Assembly (NCBI RefSeq): GCF_023055435.1
Contig: NW_025964223.1
Span: forward strand, 49,724,001-49,788,000
Direction: 5' to 3'
Source of the DNA: Haliotis rufescens
Taxonomy: Eukaryota
Length of the DNA stretch: 64,000 bases
The notes beneath the pieces are model-generated. The model searched no databases. It was not told where the DNA came from and worked only from the letters and a program-made list of their open reading frames with translations. Shown piece by piece: positions 50,844 to 64,000 of the stretch; the first letter of the stretch is position 1; each line of letters opens with the position of its first letter. The position numbers were made by a program, and so were the translations under genes.

Positions 50844-52072
50844 TTTTTGCTGTGCGATTCCCACTTTTTTTCTTTTTCGACCATAAGGTGCACTTGCCTC
50901 ATTCACATCTGATGTAATCATACACTTTTATTTCCTTGTAAATGGCCCCACTCATGCATGTCTGCTCAAAGACATAGCTGCCAGCCATGTATTCTTACAT
51001 ACCTTTACAGAAAGGAATTTTCCACTATACATGTGATCATATTCAGTTGTCAGTTCACCCAACTCGTCAACTATTCTGAAGGCATGTACGTCCTTTTCGC
51101 CACATAAAGGTGTTTGCGTGCACCGATAATTGACTATTTTACTTACTTTCTTACTTTCAAAGCATGAATATATAATATATACATGTAAAATTATAATGTT
51201 GTTCGTGTTAAGTCTCGGCTCACATCTCTTTGCCTACACAGATAAGAAAAGGAGAAAGAGTTAGATCGTACAGAGCGCCTGTCAATAGGAGTTCACTGGC
51301 TTGCTGCTGGAAAATGTATTTTGAAAGCTGTGAGCAAGCTGATCACTGTTGACACGCTTTAAAAATATGAAAAAAAAACGACGCGACTGTGTGATAAACC
51401 AGCTATTTTATGTTCCCCGTTCTAGCTGATCGCTGGCAAACGTACTTTAGACTTATTAGAAAGTATTTCCATACATTTCTCTCGCCATACAACAGGTAGA
51501 TGTGACATGTTGCAGGTAGGGGGCTAGGCGAAACGCACACGACCAAGGGCGCACAACTCTTGGCGCTCTATTTGAAAAGTCGTGCACAGGCGAGGCGTGT
51601 GTCGGTAAAACACCCCGTGGATGTCTGGCCTTTATCGCCGTTTTACACCTTTGAACACAACGTGCATGTGCAGCTACACACATAGGAAGTCTGCACTCAG
51701 GATATTATATATATCAACGACACTAATCGCCTCACTTTCCAACATACACCCATTTGGGGGGTTAATAAACAAGCATAACAACAGTCATTAGTGTGAAGAC
51801 ACACTACCCCACCCCCCCATCCCCCCACACACACACACACAATAAAATCCCTGACATACCTTTATCAACATCACCTATGTGTGTTATGTGCGTGGTGGGT
51901 GTTGCTGCCACGTTATCTCTGTTATCACGAGAACCTGCACTTTATTACTGCTAATATACATATTTATTGTTTTGTTATCAGTGTTTTCAAGTTTTCTTTT
52001 GGGGTATTTGGATGGCCCTGAAAAGGGCCTTTGGACCACAGAAATGTGGAGCGAAGGCGTGACAATGAGAGC

Positions 52073-52636
52073 TTAAGCCTTCTTTGGCTTGACTGCCTTC
52101 TTCTTGGGGGTCTTGACCTTCTTGGGTTTGGCTGCTGCCTTCTTGGGTGTCTTCGCCTTCTTGGGCTTGGCTGCAGCCTTCACCTTCTTTGGTGACTTAG
52201 CGGCCTTCTTAGCGGCTGTTTTGGGTTTCTTGGCAGCAGCTGGCTTCTTGACTTTCTTGGGGGATTTGGCAGCCTTCTTTGGTTTGGCAGCTGCCTTAGC
52301 CTTCTTGGGTTTTTCGTCTTTCTTTGCCTCGCCAAGACGGAATGATCCAGCGGCTCCAGTTCCCTTTGATTGCTTCAGTGCGCCGTTCTTGACTCCATTT
52401 TTCAAAGCAGTCTTGATGCGAGCATTGATGGCCACCTGGTTGTCACCAACCTTGTAGTTGGCCAAGATGTATTTCAGAACAGCCTGTCGGGAAGAACCAC
52501 CCCTCTCCTTCAGGGTTGAAATAGCTTTCTTGATCATCTCCAAATAGGTAGGATGTGCGGCAGCCTTCTTAGGCTTGGCAGCAGCCTTCTTCTTGGGAGT
52601 CTTGACAACAGCGGGGGCAGCAGCAGCATCAGCCAT
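52073..52636 (-). CDS. H1: Histone H1, copy 16
   Basis: Identical 187-aa protein. Confidence 0.98.
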   Translation of the reverse strand: MADAAAAPAVVKTPKKKAAAKPKKAAAHPTYLEMIKKAISTLKERGGSSRQAVLKYILANYKVGDNQVAINARIKTALKNGVKNGALKQSKGTGAAGSFRLGEAKKDEKPKKAKAAAKPKKAAKSPKKVKKPAAAKKPKTAAKKAAKSPKKVKAAAKPKKAKTPKKAAAKPKKVKTPKKKAVKPKKA

Positions 52637-53734
52637 AGTGGTAAGTTTGAGTGGTAAAAATTCACGTCAGCTACGAGAGAAGCACAGAGAGCGAATGACA
52701 CTTCCCCACAGACAGCCCGGCTGATACTCCGGAGGCGCGGACGTCGGAGGAGACACCCTGCTTGTTGTGGCTGATAGCTGCACGCTTACAAGCGCGTGTG
52801 CTTTTTCGTGTATTTGTATCCGAATAATCACTTCTTAATCAAGGAAAGTTTCAATTTCAACAATACAGTTAGGTAGTAAAAACATTTGGCTACATTTCGG
52901 TTACAATAGCAACGCTCACGGGTGAAGTTCAAAGCCACACGTGCTGTTTCCAATGAAGCGACCCAGTCTAAAATGTAGACATCGCTACTTTCAAAAGCAC
53001 ATTTTTAGCCTTGAGACTCAAGTTTATGCATTTTAAACGTTGCCTGTCAATTCTCAATATATCTAACTATGAAAGTAAAACACAACACTCATCAGTATTG
53101 CCTATGATAAGCTAGAACAAGCTTTCAAACAACGACAATGAAGCACGTTTTTCTGACGACTTCGCCATTTTGCAACAGAAAACATTTGACACTATATTTC
53201 TGGAGACATAATTTTGGTCACTTCAATTAGAGTTGAAACTAACTTTGTCATAACAAGTAAGTAACGGGGATTTTACTTTCAGGAAAACAGTCTAGTAAGA
53301 CGAGGATCTCGGGACACAAGCAGCTAGGGCGCGAAGCCCCGAACAGTAACATATATACATTGGTGTTTAGATCACTCGATCGGTCGTCACAGATTAAGTC
53401 TTTTTGCCTGTCTTAATAGCACGATATTAGTAGGGGTCTTCGTCGTTTGGATGTTAATTTTACCAGAACAATATAGGCTACCATCCATCAACGAAAAGTG
53501 AATGTTTCAGACGAAAGGCCGGATCGAGTGAGCGAGTGTGCCGGGCCTCGTGTTAAACAGTGATCACATGTTTTTAGAACGGCTAGATTTTAATCCCTGT
53601 AAATATACATCATAAATCAACAAACACAACATGTCTACTGAACCCGCTGAAAACGCGAGCATGCTGTTTTCATGGCAATGTCTGTTTACCAATGTGTGGT
53701 GGCTATATGTAGCTAAAGTTTGCCGACAAGCATT

Positions 53735-53853
53735 GTCTACGGCCATACCACGTTGAAAACACCGGTTCTCGTCCGATCACCGAAGTTAAGCAACGTCGGG
53801 CCCGGAGAGTACTTGGATGGGTGACCGCCTGGGAACACCGGGTGCAGTAGACA
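53735..53853 (+). rRNA. 5S rRNA: 5S rRNA, copy 16
   Basis: Same as copy 1. Confidence 0.98.
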
Positions 53854-55082
53854 TTTTTGCTGTGCGATTCCCACTTTTTTTCTTTTTCGACCATAAGGTG
53901 CACTTGCCTCATTCACATCTGATGTAATCATACACTTTTATTTCCTTGTAAATGGCCCCACTCATGCATGTCTGCTCAAAGACATAGCTGCCAGCCATGT
54001 ATTCTTACATACCTTTACAGAAAGGAATTTTCCACTATACATGTGATCATATTCAGTTGTCAGTTCACCCAACTCGTCAACTATTCTGAAGGCATGTACG
54101 TCCTTTTCGCCACATAAAGGTGTTTGCGTGCACCGATAATTGACTATTTTACTTACTTTCTTACTTTCAAAGCATGAATATATAATATATACATGTAAAA
54201 TTATAATGTTGTTCGTGTTAAGTCTCGGCTCACATCTCTTTGCCTACACAGATAAGAAAAGGAGAAAGAGTTAGATCGTACAGAGCGCCTGTCAATAGGA
54301 GTTCACTGGCTTGCTGCTGGAAAATGTATTTTGAAAGCTGTGAGCAAGCTGATCACTGTTGACACGCTTTAAAAATATGAAAAAAAAACGACGCGACTGT
54401 GTGATAAACCAGCTATTTTATGTTCCCCGTTCTAGCTGATCGCTGGCAAACGTACTTTAGACTTATTAGAAAGTATTTCCATACATTTCTCTCGCCATAC
54501 AACAGGTAGATGTGACATGTTGCAGGTAGGGGGCTAGGCGAAACGCACACGACCAAGGGCGCACAACTCTTGGCGCTCTATTTGAAAAGTCGTGCACAGG
54601 CGAGGCGTGTGTCGGTAAAACACCCCGTGGATGTCTGGCCTTTATCGCCGTTTTACACCTTTGAACACAACGTGCATGTGCAGCTACACACATAGGAAGT
54701 CTGCACTCAGGATATTATATATATCAACGACACTAATCGCCTCACTTTCCAACATACACCCATTTGGGGGGTTAATAAACAAGCATAACAACAGTCATTA
54801 GTGTGAAGACACACTACCCCACCCCCCCATCCCCCCACACACACACACACAATAAAATCCCTGACATACCTTTATCAACATCACCTATGTGTGTTATGTG
54901 CGTGGTGGGTGTTGCTGCCACGTTATCTCTGTTATCACGAGAACCTGCACTTTATTACTGCTAATATACATATTTATTGTTTTGTTATCAGTGTTTTCAA
55001 GTTTTCTTTTGGGGTATTTGGATGGCCCTGAAAAGGGCCTTTGGACCACAGAAATGTGGAGCGAAGGCGTGACAATGAGAGC

Positions 55083-55646
55083 TTAAGCCTTCTTTGGCTT
55101 GACTGCCTTCTTCTTGGGGGTCTTGACCTTCTTGGGTTTGGCTGCTGCCTTCTTGGGTGTCTTCGCCTTCTTGGGCTTGGCTGCAGCCTTCACCTTCTTT
55201 GGTGACTTAGCGGCCTTCTTAGCGGCTGTTTTGGGTTTCTTGGCAGCAGCTGGCTTCTTGACTTTCTTGGGGGATTTGGCAGCCTTCTTTGGTTTGGCAG
55301 CTGCCTTAGCCTTCTTGGGTTTTTCGTCTTTCTTTGCCTCGCCAAGACGGAATGATCCAGCGGCTCCAGTTCCCTTTGATTGCTTCAGTGCGCCGTTCTT
55401 GACTCCATTTTTCAAAGCAGTCTTGATGCGAGCATTGATGGCCACCTGGTTGTCACCAACCTTGTAGTTGGCCAAGATGTATTTCAGAACAGCCTGTCGG
55501 GAAGAACCACCCCTCTCCTTCAGGGTTGAAATAGCTTTCTTGATCATCTCCAAATAGGTAGGATGTGCGGCAGCCTTCTTAGGCTTGGCAGCAGCCTTCT
55601 TCTTGGGAGTCTTGACAACAGCGGGGGCAGCAGCAGCATCAGCCAT
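55083..55646 (-). CDS. H1: Histone H1, copy 17
   Basis: Identical 187-aa protein. Confidence 0.98.
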   Translation of the reverse strand: MADAAAAPAVVKTPKKKAAAKPKKAAAHPTYLEMIKKAISTLKERGGSSRQAVLKYILANYKVGDNQVAINARIKTALKNGVKNGALKQSKGTGAAGSFRLGEAKKDEKPKKAKAAAKPKKAAKSPKKVKKPAAAKKPKTAAKKAAKSPKKVKAAAKPKKAKTPKKAAAKPKKVKTPKKKAVKPKKA

Positions 55647-56744
55647 AGTGGTAAGTTTGAGTGGTAAAAATTCACGTCAGCTACGAGAGAAGCACAGAGA
55701 GCGAATGACACTTCCCCACAGACAGCCCGGCTGATACTCCGGAGGCGCGGACGTCGGAGGAGACACCCTGCTTGTTGTGGCTGATAGCTGCACGCTTACA
55801 AGCGCGTGTGCTTTTTCGTGTATTTGTATCCGAATAATCACTTCTTAATCAAGGAAAGTTTCAATTTCAACAATACAGTTAGGTAGTAAAAACATTTGGC
55901 TACATTTCGGTTACAATAGCAACGCTCACGGGTGAAGTTCAAAGCCACACGTGCTGTTTCCAATGAAGCGACCCAGTCTAAAATGTAGACATCGCTACTT
56001 TCAAAAGCACATTTTTAGCCTTGAGACTCAAGTTTATGCATTTTAAACGTTGCCTGTCAATTCTCAATATATCTAACTATGAAAGTAAAACACAACACTC
56101 ATCAGTATTGCCTATGATAAGCTAGAACAAGCTTTCAAACAACGACAATGAAGCACGTTTTTCTGACGACTTCGCCATTTTGCAACAGAAAACATTTGAC
56201 ACTATATTTCTGGAGACATAATTTTGGTCACTTCAATTAGAGTTGAAACTAACTTTGTCATAACAAGTAAGTAACGGGGATTTTACTTTCAGGAAAACAG
56301 TCTAGTAAGACGAGGATCTCGGGACACAAGCAGCTAGGGCGCGAAGCCCCGAACAGTAACATATATACATTGGTGTTTAGATCACTCGATCGGTCGTCAC
56401 AGATTAAGTCTTTTTGCCTGTCTTAATAGCACGATATTAGTAGGGGTCTTCGTCGTTTGGATGTTAATTTTACCAGAACAATATAGGCTACCATCCATCA
56501 ACGAAAAGTGAATGTTTCAGACGAAAGGCCGGATCGAGTGAGCGAGTGTGCCGGGCCTCGTGTTAAACAGTGATCACATGTTTTTAGAACGGCTAGATTT
56601 TAATCCCTGTAAATATACATCATAAATCAACAAACACAACATGTCTACTGAACCCGCTGAAAACGCGAGCATGCTGTTTTCATGGCAATGTCTGTTTACC
56701 AATGTGTGGTGGCTATATGTAGCTAAAGTTTGCCGACAAGCATT

Positions 56745-56863
56745 GTCTACGGCCATACCACGTTGAAAACACCGGTTCTCGTCCGATCACCGAAGTTAAG
56801 CAACGTCGGGCCCGGAGAGTACTTGGATGGGTGACCGCCTGGGAACACCGGGTGCAGTAGACA
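56745..56863 (+). rRNA. 5S rRNA: 5S rRNA, copy 17
   Basis: Same as copy 1. Confidence 0.98.
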
Positions 56864-58092
56864 TTTTTGCTGTGCGATTCCCACTTTTTTTCTTTTTCGA
56901 CCATAAGGTGCACTTGCCTCATTCACATCTGATGTAATCATACACTTTTATTTCCTTGTAAATGGCCCCACTCATGCATGTCTGCTCAAAGACATAGCTG
57001 CCAGCCATGTATTCTTACATACCTTTACAGAAAGGAATTTTCCACTATACATGTGATCATATTCAGTTGTCAGTTCACCCAACTCGTCAACTATTCTGAA
57101 GGCATGTACGTCCTTTTCGCCACATAAAGGTGTTTGCGTGCACCGATAATTGACTATTTTACTTACTTTCTTACTTTCAAAGCATGAATATATAATATAT
57201 ACATGTAAAATTATAATGTTGTTCGTGTTAAGTCTCGGCTCACATCTCTTTGCCTACACAGATAAGAAAAGGAGAAAGAGTTAGATCGTACAGAGCGCCT
57301 GTCAATAGGAGTTCACTGGCTTGCTGCTGGAAAATGTATTTTGAAAGCTGTGAGCAAGCTGATCACTGTTGACACGCTTTAAAAATATGAAAAAAAAACG
57401 ACGCGACTGTGTGATAAACCAGCTATTTTATGTTCCCCGTTCTAGCTGATCGCTGGCAAACGTACTTTAGACTTATTAGAAAGTATTTCCATACATTTCT
57501 CTCGCCATACAACAGGTAGATGTGACATGTTGCAGGTAGGGGGCTAGGCGAAACGCACACGACCAAGGGCGCACAACTCTTGGCGCTCTATTTGAAAAGT
57601 CGTGCACAGGCGAGGCGTGTGTCGGTAAAACACCCCGTGGATGTCTGGCCTTTATCGCCGTTTTACACCTTTGAACACAACGTGCATGTGCAGCTACACA
57701 CATAGGAAGTCTGCACTCAGGATATTATATATATCAACGACACTAATCGCCTCACTTTCCAACATACACCCATTTGGGGGGTTAATAAACAAGCATAACA
57801 ACAGTCATTAGTGTGAAGACACACTACCCCACCCCCCCATCCCCCCACACACACACACACAATAAAATCCCTGACATACCTTTATCAACATCACCTATGT
57901 GTGTTATGTGCGTGGTGGGTGTTGCTGCCACGTTATCTCTGTTATCACGAGAACCTGCACTTTATTACTGCTAATATACATATTTATTGTTTTGTTATCA
58001 GTGTTTTCAAGTTTTCTTTTGGGGTATTTGGATGGCCCTGAAAAGGGCCTTTGGACCACAGAAATGTGGAGCGAAGGCGTGACAATGAGAGC

Positions 58093-58656
58093 TTAAGCCT
58101 TCTTTGGCTTGACTGCCTTCTTCTTGGGGGTCTTGACCTTCTTGGGTTTGGCTGCTGCCTTCTTGGGTGTCTTCGCCTTCTTGGGCTTGGCTGCAGCCTT
58201 CACCTTCTTTGGTGACTTAGCGGCCTTCTTAGCGGCTGTTTTGGGTTTCTTGGCAGCAGCTGGCTTCTTGACTTTCTTGGGGGATTTGGCAGCCTTCTTT
58301 GGTTTGGCAGCTGCCTTAGCCTTCTTGGGTTTTTCGTCTTTCTTTGCCTCGCCAAGACGGAATGATCCAGCGGCTCCAGTTCCCTTTGATTGCTTCAGTG
58401 CGCCGTTCTTGACTCCATTTTTCAAAGCAGTCTTGATGCGAGCATTGATGGCCACCTGGTTGTCACCAACCTTGTAGTTGGCCAAGATGTATTTCAGAAC
58501 AGCCTGTCGGGAAGAACCACCCCTCTCCTTCAGGGTTGAAATAGCTTTCTTGATCATCTCCAAATAGGTAGGATGTGCGGCAGCCTTCTTAGGCTTGGCA
58601 GCAGCCTTCTTCTTGGGAGTCTTGACAACAGCGGGGGCAGCAGCAGCATCAGCCAT
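58093..58656 (-). CDS. H1: Histone H1, copy 18
   Basis: Identical 187-aa protein. Confidence 0.98.
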   Translation of the reverse strand: MADAAAAPAVVKTPKKKAAAKPKKAAAHPTYLEMIKKAISTLKERGGSSRQAVLKYILANYKVGDNQVAINARIKTALKNGVKNGALKQSKGTGAAGSFRLGEAKKDEKPKKAKAAAKPKKAAKSPKKVKKPAAAKKPKTAAKKAAKSPKKVKAAAKPKKAKTPKKAAAKPKKVKTPKKKAVKPKKA

Positions 58657-59754
58657 AGTGGTAAGTTTGAGTGGTAAAAATTCACGTCAGCTACGAGAGA
58701 AGCACAGAGAGCGAATGACACTTCCCCACAGACAGCCCGGCTGATACTCCGGAGGCGCGGACGTCGGAGGAGACACCCTGCTTGTTGTGGCTGATAGCTG
58801 CACGCTTACAAGCGCGTGTGCTTTTTCGTGTATTTGTATCCGAATAATCACTTCTTAATCAAGGAAAGTTTCAATTTCAACAATACAGTTAGGTAGTAAA
58901 AACATTTGGCTACATTTCGGTTACAATAGCAACGCTCACGGGTGAAGTTCAAAGCCACACGTGCTGTTTCCAATGAAGCGACCCAGTCTAAAATGTAGAC
59001 ATCGCTACTTTCAAAAGCACATTTTTAGCCTTGAGACTCAAGTTTATGCATTTTAAACGTTGCCTGTCAATTCTCAATATATCTAACTATGAAAGTAAAA
59101 CACAACACTCATCAGTATTGCCTATGATAAGCTAGAACAAGCTTTCAAACAACGACAATGAAGCACGTTTTTCTGACGACTTCGCCATTTTGCAACAGAA
59201 AACATTTGACACTATATTTCTGGAGACATAATTTTGGTCACTTCAATTAGAGTTGAAACTAACTTTGTCATAACAAGTAAGTAACGGGGATTTTACTTTC
59301 AGGAAAACAGTCTAGTAAGACGAGGATCTCGGGACACAAGCAGCTAGGGCGCGAAGCCCCGAACAGTAACATATATACATTGGTGTTTAGATCACTCGAT
59401 CGGTCGTCACAGATTAAGTCTTTTTGCCTGTCTTAATAGCACGATATTAGTAGGGGTCTTCGTCGTTTGGATGTTAATTTTACCAGAACAATATAGGCTA
59501 CCATCCATCAACGAAAAGTGAATGTTTCAGACGAAAGGCCGGATCGAGTGAGCGAGTGTGCCGGGCCTCGTGTTAAACAGTGATCACATGTTTTTAGAAC
59601 GGCTAGATTTTAATCCCTGTAAATATACATCATAAATCAACAAACACAACATGTCTACTGAACCCGCTGAAAACGCGAGCATGCTGTTTTCATGGCAATG
59701 TCTGTTTACCAATGTGTGGTGGCTATATGTAGCTAAAGTTTGCCGACAAGCATT

Positions 59755-59873
59755 GTCTACGGCCATACCACGTTGAAAACACCGGTTCTCGTCCGATCAC
59801 CGAAGTTAAGCAACGTCGGGCCCGGAGAGTACTTGGATGGGTGACCGCCTGGGAACACCGGGTGCAGTAGACA
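59755..59873 (+). rRNA. 5S rRNA: 5S rRNA, copy 18
   Basis: Same as copy 1. Confidence 0.98.
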
Positions 59874-61102
59874 TTTTTGCTGTGCGATTCCCACTTTTTT
59901 TCTTTTTCGACCATAAGGTGCACTTGCCTCATTCACATCTGATGTAATCATACACTTTTATTTCCTTGTAAATGGCCCCACTCATGCATGTCTGCTCAAA
60001 GACATAGCTGCCAGCCATGTATTCTTACATACCTTTACAGAAAGGAATTTTCCACTATACATGTGATCATATTCAGTTGTCAGTTCACCCAACTCGTCAA
60101 CTATTCTGAAGGCATGTACGTCCTTTTCGCCACATAAAGGTGTTTGCGTGCACCGATAATTGACTATTTTACTTACTTTCTTACTTTCAAAGCATGAATA
60201 TATAATATATACATGTAAAATTATAATGTTGTTCGTGTTAAGTCTCGGCTCACATCTCTTTGCCTACACAGATAAGAAAAGGAGAAAGAGTTAGATCGTA
60301 CAGAGCGCCTGTCAATAGGAGTTCACTGGCTTGCTGCTGGAAAATGTATTTTGAAAGCTGTGAGCAAGCTGATCACTGTTGACACGCTTTAAAAATATGA
60401 AAAAAAAACGACGCGACTGTGTGATAAACCAGCTATTTTATGTTCCCCGTTCTAGCTGATCGCTGGCAAACGTACTTTAGACTTATTAGAAAGTATTTCC
60501 ATACATTTCTCTCGCCATACAACAGGTAGATGTGACATGTTGCAGGTAGGGGGCTAGGCGAAACGCACACGACCAAGGGCGCACAACTCTTGGCGCTCTA
60601 TTTGAAAAGTCGTGCACAGGCGAGGCGTGTGTCGGTAAAACACCCCGTGGATGTCTGGCCTTTATCGCCGTTTTACACCTTTGAACACAACGTGCATGTG
60701 CAGCTACACACATAGGAAGTCTGCACTCAGGATATTATATATATCAACGACACTAATCGCCTCACTTTCCAACATACACCCATTTGGGGGGTTAATAAAC
60801 AAGCATAACAACAGTCATTAGTGTGAAGACACACTACCCCACCCCCCCATCCCCCCACACACACACACACAATAAAATCCCTGACATACCTTTATCAACA
60901 TCACCTATGTGTGTTATGTGCGTGGTGGGTGTTGCTGCCACGTTATCTCTGTTATCACGAGAACCTGCACTTTATTACTGCTAATATACATATTTATTGT
61001 TTTGTTATCAGTGTTTTCAAGTTTTCTTTTGGGGTATTTGGATGGCCCTGAAAAGGGCCTTTGGACCACAGAAATGTGGAGCGAAGGCGTGACAATGAGA
61101 GC

Positions 61103-61666
61103 TTAAGCCTTCTTTGGCTTGACTGCCTTCTTCTTGGGGGTCTTGACCTTCTTGGGTTTGGCTGCTGCCTTCTTGGGTGTCTTCGCCTTCTTGGGCTTGG
61201 CTGCAGCCTTCACCTTCTTTGGTGACTTAGCGGCCTTCTTAGCGGCTGTTTTGGGTTTCTTGGCAGCAGCTGGCTTCTTGACTTTCTTGGGGGATTTGGC
61301 AGCCTTCTTTGGTTTGGCAGCTGCCTTAGCCTTCTTGGGTTTTTCGTCTTTCTTTGCCTCGCCAAGACGGAATGATCCAGCGGCTCCAGTTCCCTTTGAT
61401 TGCTTCAGTGCGCCGTTCTTGACTCCATTTTTCAAAGCAGTCTTGATGCGAGCATTGATGGCCACCTGGTTGTCACCAACCTTGTAGTTGGCCAAGATGT
61501 ATTTCAGAACAGCCTGTCGGGAAGAACCACCCCTCTCCTTCAGGGTTGAAATAGCTTTCTTGATCATCTCCAAATAGGTAGGATGTGCGGCAGCCTTCTT
61601 AGGCTTGGCAGCAGCCTTCTTCTTGGGAGTCTTGACAACAGCGGGGGCAGCAGCAGCATCAGCCAT
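61103..61666 (-). CDS. H1: Histone H1, copy 19
   Basis: Identical 187-aa protein. Confidence 0.98.
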   Translation of the reverse strand: MADAAAAPAVVKTPKKKAAAKPKKAAAHPTYLEMIKKAISTLKERGGSSRQAVLKYILANYKVGDNQVAINARIKTALKNGVKNGALKQSKGTGAAGSFRLGEAKKDEKPKKAKAAAKPKKAAKSPKKVKKPAAAKKPKTAAKKAAKSPKKVKAAAKPKKAKTPKKAAAKPKKVKTPKKKAVKPKKA

Positions 61667-62764
61667 AGTGGTAAGTTTGAGTGGTAAAAATTCACGTCAG
61701 CTACGAGAGAAGCACAGAGAGCGAATGACACTTCCCCACAGACAGCCCGGCTGATACTCCGGAGGCGCGGACGTCGGAGGAGACACCCTGCTTGTTGTGG
61801 CTGATAGCTGCACGCTTACAAGCGCGTGTGCTTTTTCGTGTATTTGTATCCGAATAATCACTTCTTAATCAAGGAAAGTTTCAATTTCAACAATACAGTT
61901 AGGTAGTAAAAACATTTGGCTACATTTCGGTTACAATAGCAACGCTCACGGGTGAAGTTCAAAGCCACACGTGCTGTTTCCAATGAAGCGACCCAGTCTA
62001 AAATGTAGACATCGCTACTTTCAAAAGCACATTTTTAGCCTTGAGACTCAAGTTTATGCATTTTAAACGTTGCCTGTCAATTCTCAATATATCTAACTAT
62101 GAAAGTAAAACACAACACTCATCAGTATTGCCTATGATAAGCTAGAACAAGCTTTCAAACAACGACAATGAAGCACGTTTTTCTGACGACTTCGCCATTT
62201 TGCAACAGAAAACATTTGACACTATATTTCTGGAGACATAATTTTGGTCACTTCAATTAGAGTTGAAACTAACTTTGTCATAACAAGTAAGTAACGGGGA
62301 TTTTACTTTCAGGAAAACAGTCTAGTAAGACGAGGATCTCGGGACACAAGCAGCTAGGGCGCGAAGCCCCGAACAGTAACATATATACATTGGTGTTTAG
62401 ATCACTCGATCGGTCGTCACAGATTAAGTCTTTTTGCCTGTCTTAATAGCACGATATTAGTAGGGGTCTTCGTCGTTTGGATGTTAATTTTACCAGAACA
62501 ATATAGGCTACCATCCATCAACGAAAAGTGAATGTTTCAGACGAAAGGCCGGATCGAGTGAGCGAGTGTGCCGGGCCTCGTGTTAAACAGTGATCACATG
62601 TTTTTAGAACGGCTAGATTTTAATCCCTGTAAATATACATCATAAATCAACAAACACAACATGTCTACTGAACCCGCTGAAAACGCGAGCATGCTGTTTT
62701 CATGGCAATGTCTGTTTACCAATGTGTGGTGGCTATATGTAGCTAAAGTTTGCCGACAAGCATT

Positions 62765-62883
62765 GTCTACGGCCATACCACGTTGAAAACACCGGTTCTC
62801 GTCCGATCACCGAAGTTAAGCAACGTCGGGCCCGGAGAGTACTTGGATGGGTGACCGCCTGGGAACACCGGGTGCAGTAGACA
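62765..62883 (+). rRNA. 5S rRNA: 5S rRNA, copy 19
   Basis: Same as copy 1. Confidence 0.98.
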
Positions 62884-64000
62884 TTTTTGCTGTGCGATTC
62901 CCACTTTTTTTCTTTTTCGACCATAAGGTGCACTTGCCTCATTCACATCTGATGTAATCATACACTTTTATTTCCTTGTAAATGGCCCCACTCATGCATG
63001 TCTGCTCAAAGACATAGCTGCCAGCCATGTATTCTTACATACCTTTACAGAAAGGAATTTTCCACTATACATGTGATCATATTCAGTTGTCAGTTCACCC
63101 AACTCGTCAACTATTCTGAAGGCATGTACGTCCTTTTCGCCACATAAAGGTGTTTGCGTGCACCGATAATTGACTATTTTACTTACTTTCTTACTTTCAA
63201 AGCATGAATATATAATATATACATGTAAAATTATAATGTTGTTCGTGTTAAGTCTCGGCTCACATCTCTTTGCCTACACAGATAAGAAAAGGAGAAAGAG
63301 TTAGATCGTACAGAGCGCCTGTCAATAGGAGTTCACTGGCTTGCTGCTGGAAAATGTATTTTGAAAGCTGTGAGCAAGCTGATCACTGTTGACACGCTTT
63401 AAAAATATGAAAAAAAAACGACGCGACTGTGTGATAAACCAGCTATTTTATGTTCCCCGTTCTAGCTGATCGCTGGCAAACGTACTTTAGACTTATTAGA
63501 AAGTATTTCCATACATTTCTCTCGCCATACAACAGGTAGATGTGACATGTTGCAGGTAGGGGGCTAGGCGAAACGCACACGACCAAGGGCGCACAACTCT
63601 TGGCGCTCTATTTGAAAAGTCGTGCACAGGCGAGGCGTGTGTCGGTAAAACACCCCGTGGATGTCTGGCCTTTATCGCCGTTTTACACCTTTGAACACAA
63701 CGTGCATGTGCAGCTACACACATAGGAAGTCTGCACTCAGGATATTATATATATCAACGACACTAATCGCCTCACTTTCCAACATACACCCATTTGGGGG
63801 GTTAATAAACAAGCATAACAACAGTCATTAGTGTGAAGACACACTACCCCACCCCCCCATCCCCCCACACACACACACAATAAAATCCCTGACATACCTT
63901 TATCAACATCACCTATGTGTGTTATGTGCGTGGTGGGTGTTGCTGCCACGTTATCTCTGTTATCACGAGAACCTGCACTTTATTACTGCTAATATACATA

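Larger units (their letters stand above)
50715..64000. repeat. Tandem array of H1+5S units (right arm, 3010-bp period, runs off the window)
   Basis: The same unit resumes at the TSD after the retrotransposon; H1 spacing is 3010 bp. Confidence 0.99.

Overview
Animal genomic DNA, probably lophotrochozoan or mollusc-like (inferred from the H1 and 5S sequences). It is a highly homogenised tandem array of a ~3.0 kb unit (2999-3016 bp). Each unit has one linker histone H1 gene (- strand, no core histone genes) and one 5S rRNA gene (+ strand). The window holds 19 H1 copies (one frameshifted) and 19 5S copies. Unit 15 is interrupted by a 6230-bp, apparently full-length and intact non-LTR retrotransposon of the I/Nimb-like group (ORF1 with zinc knuckles; ORF2 APE-RT-RNase H-CCHC; (TAAG)n tail). 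Its 11-bp target-site duplication GACAAGCATTG covers exactly -10..+1 of the 5S gene, so the 5S coding region stays intact. The element's 3' end places a new TATA-like motif at about -30..-23 of that 5S gene. In uninserted units the same 11 bp carry four different substitutions, far denser than elsewhere in the unit. Together this suggests a 5S-start-site-targeting LINE with target scarring or escape, but only one insertion is visible, so specificity is inferred.
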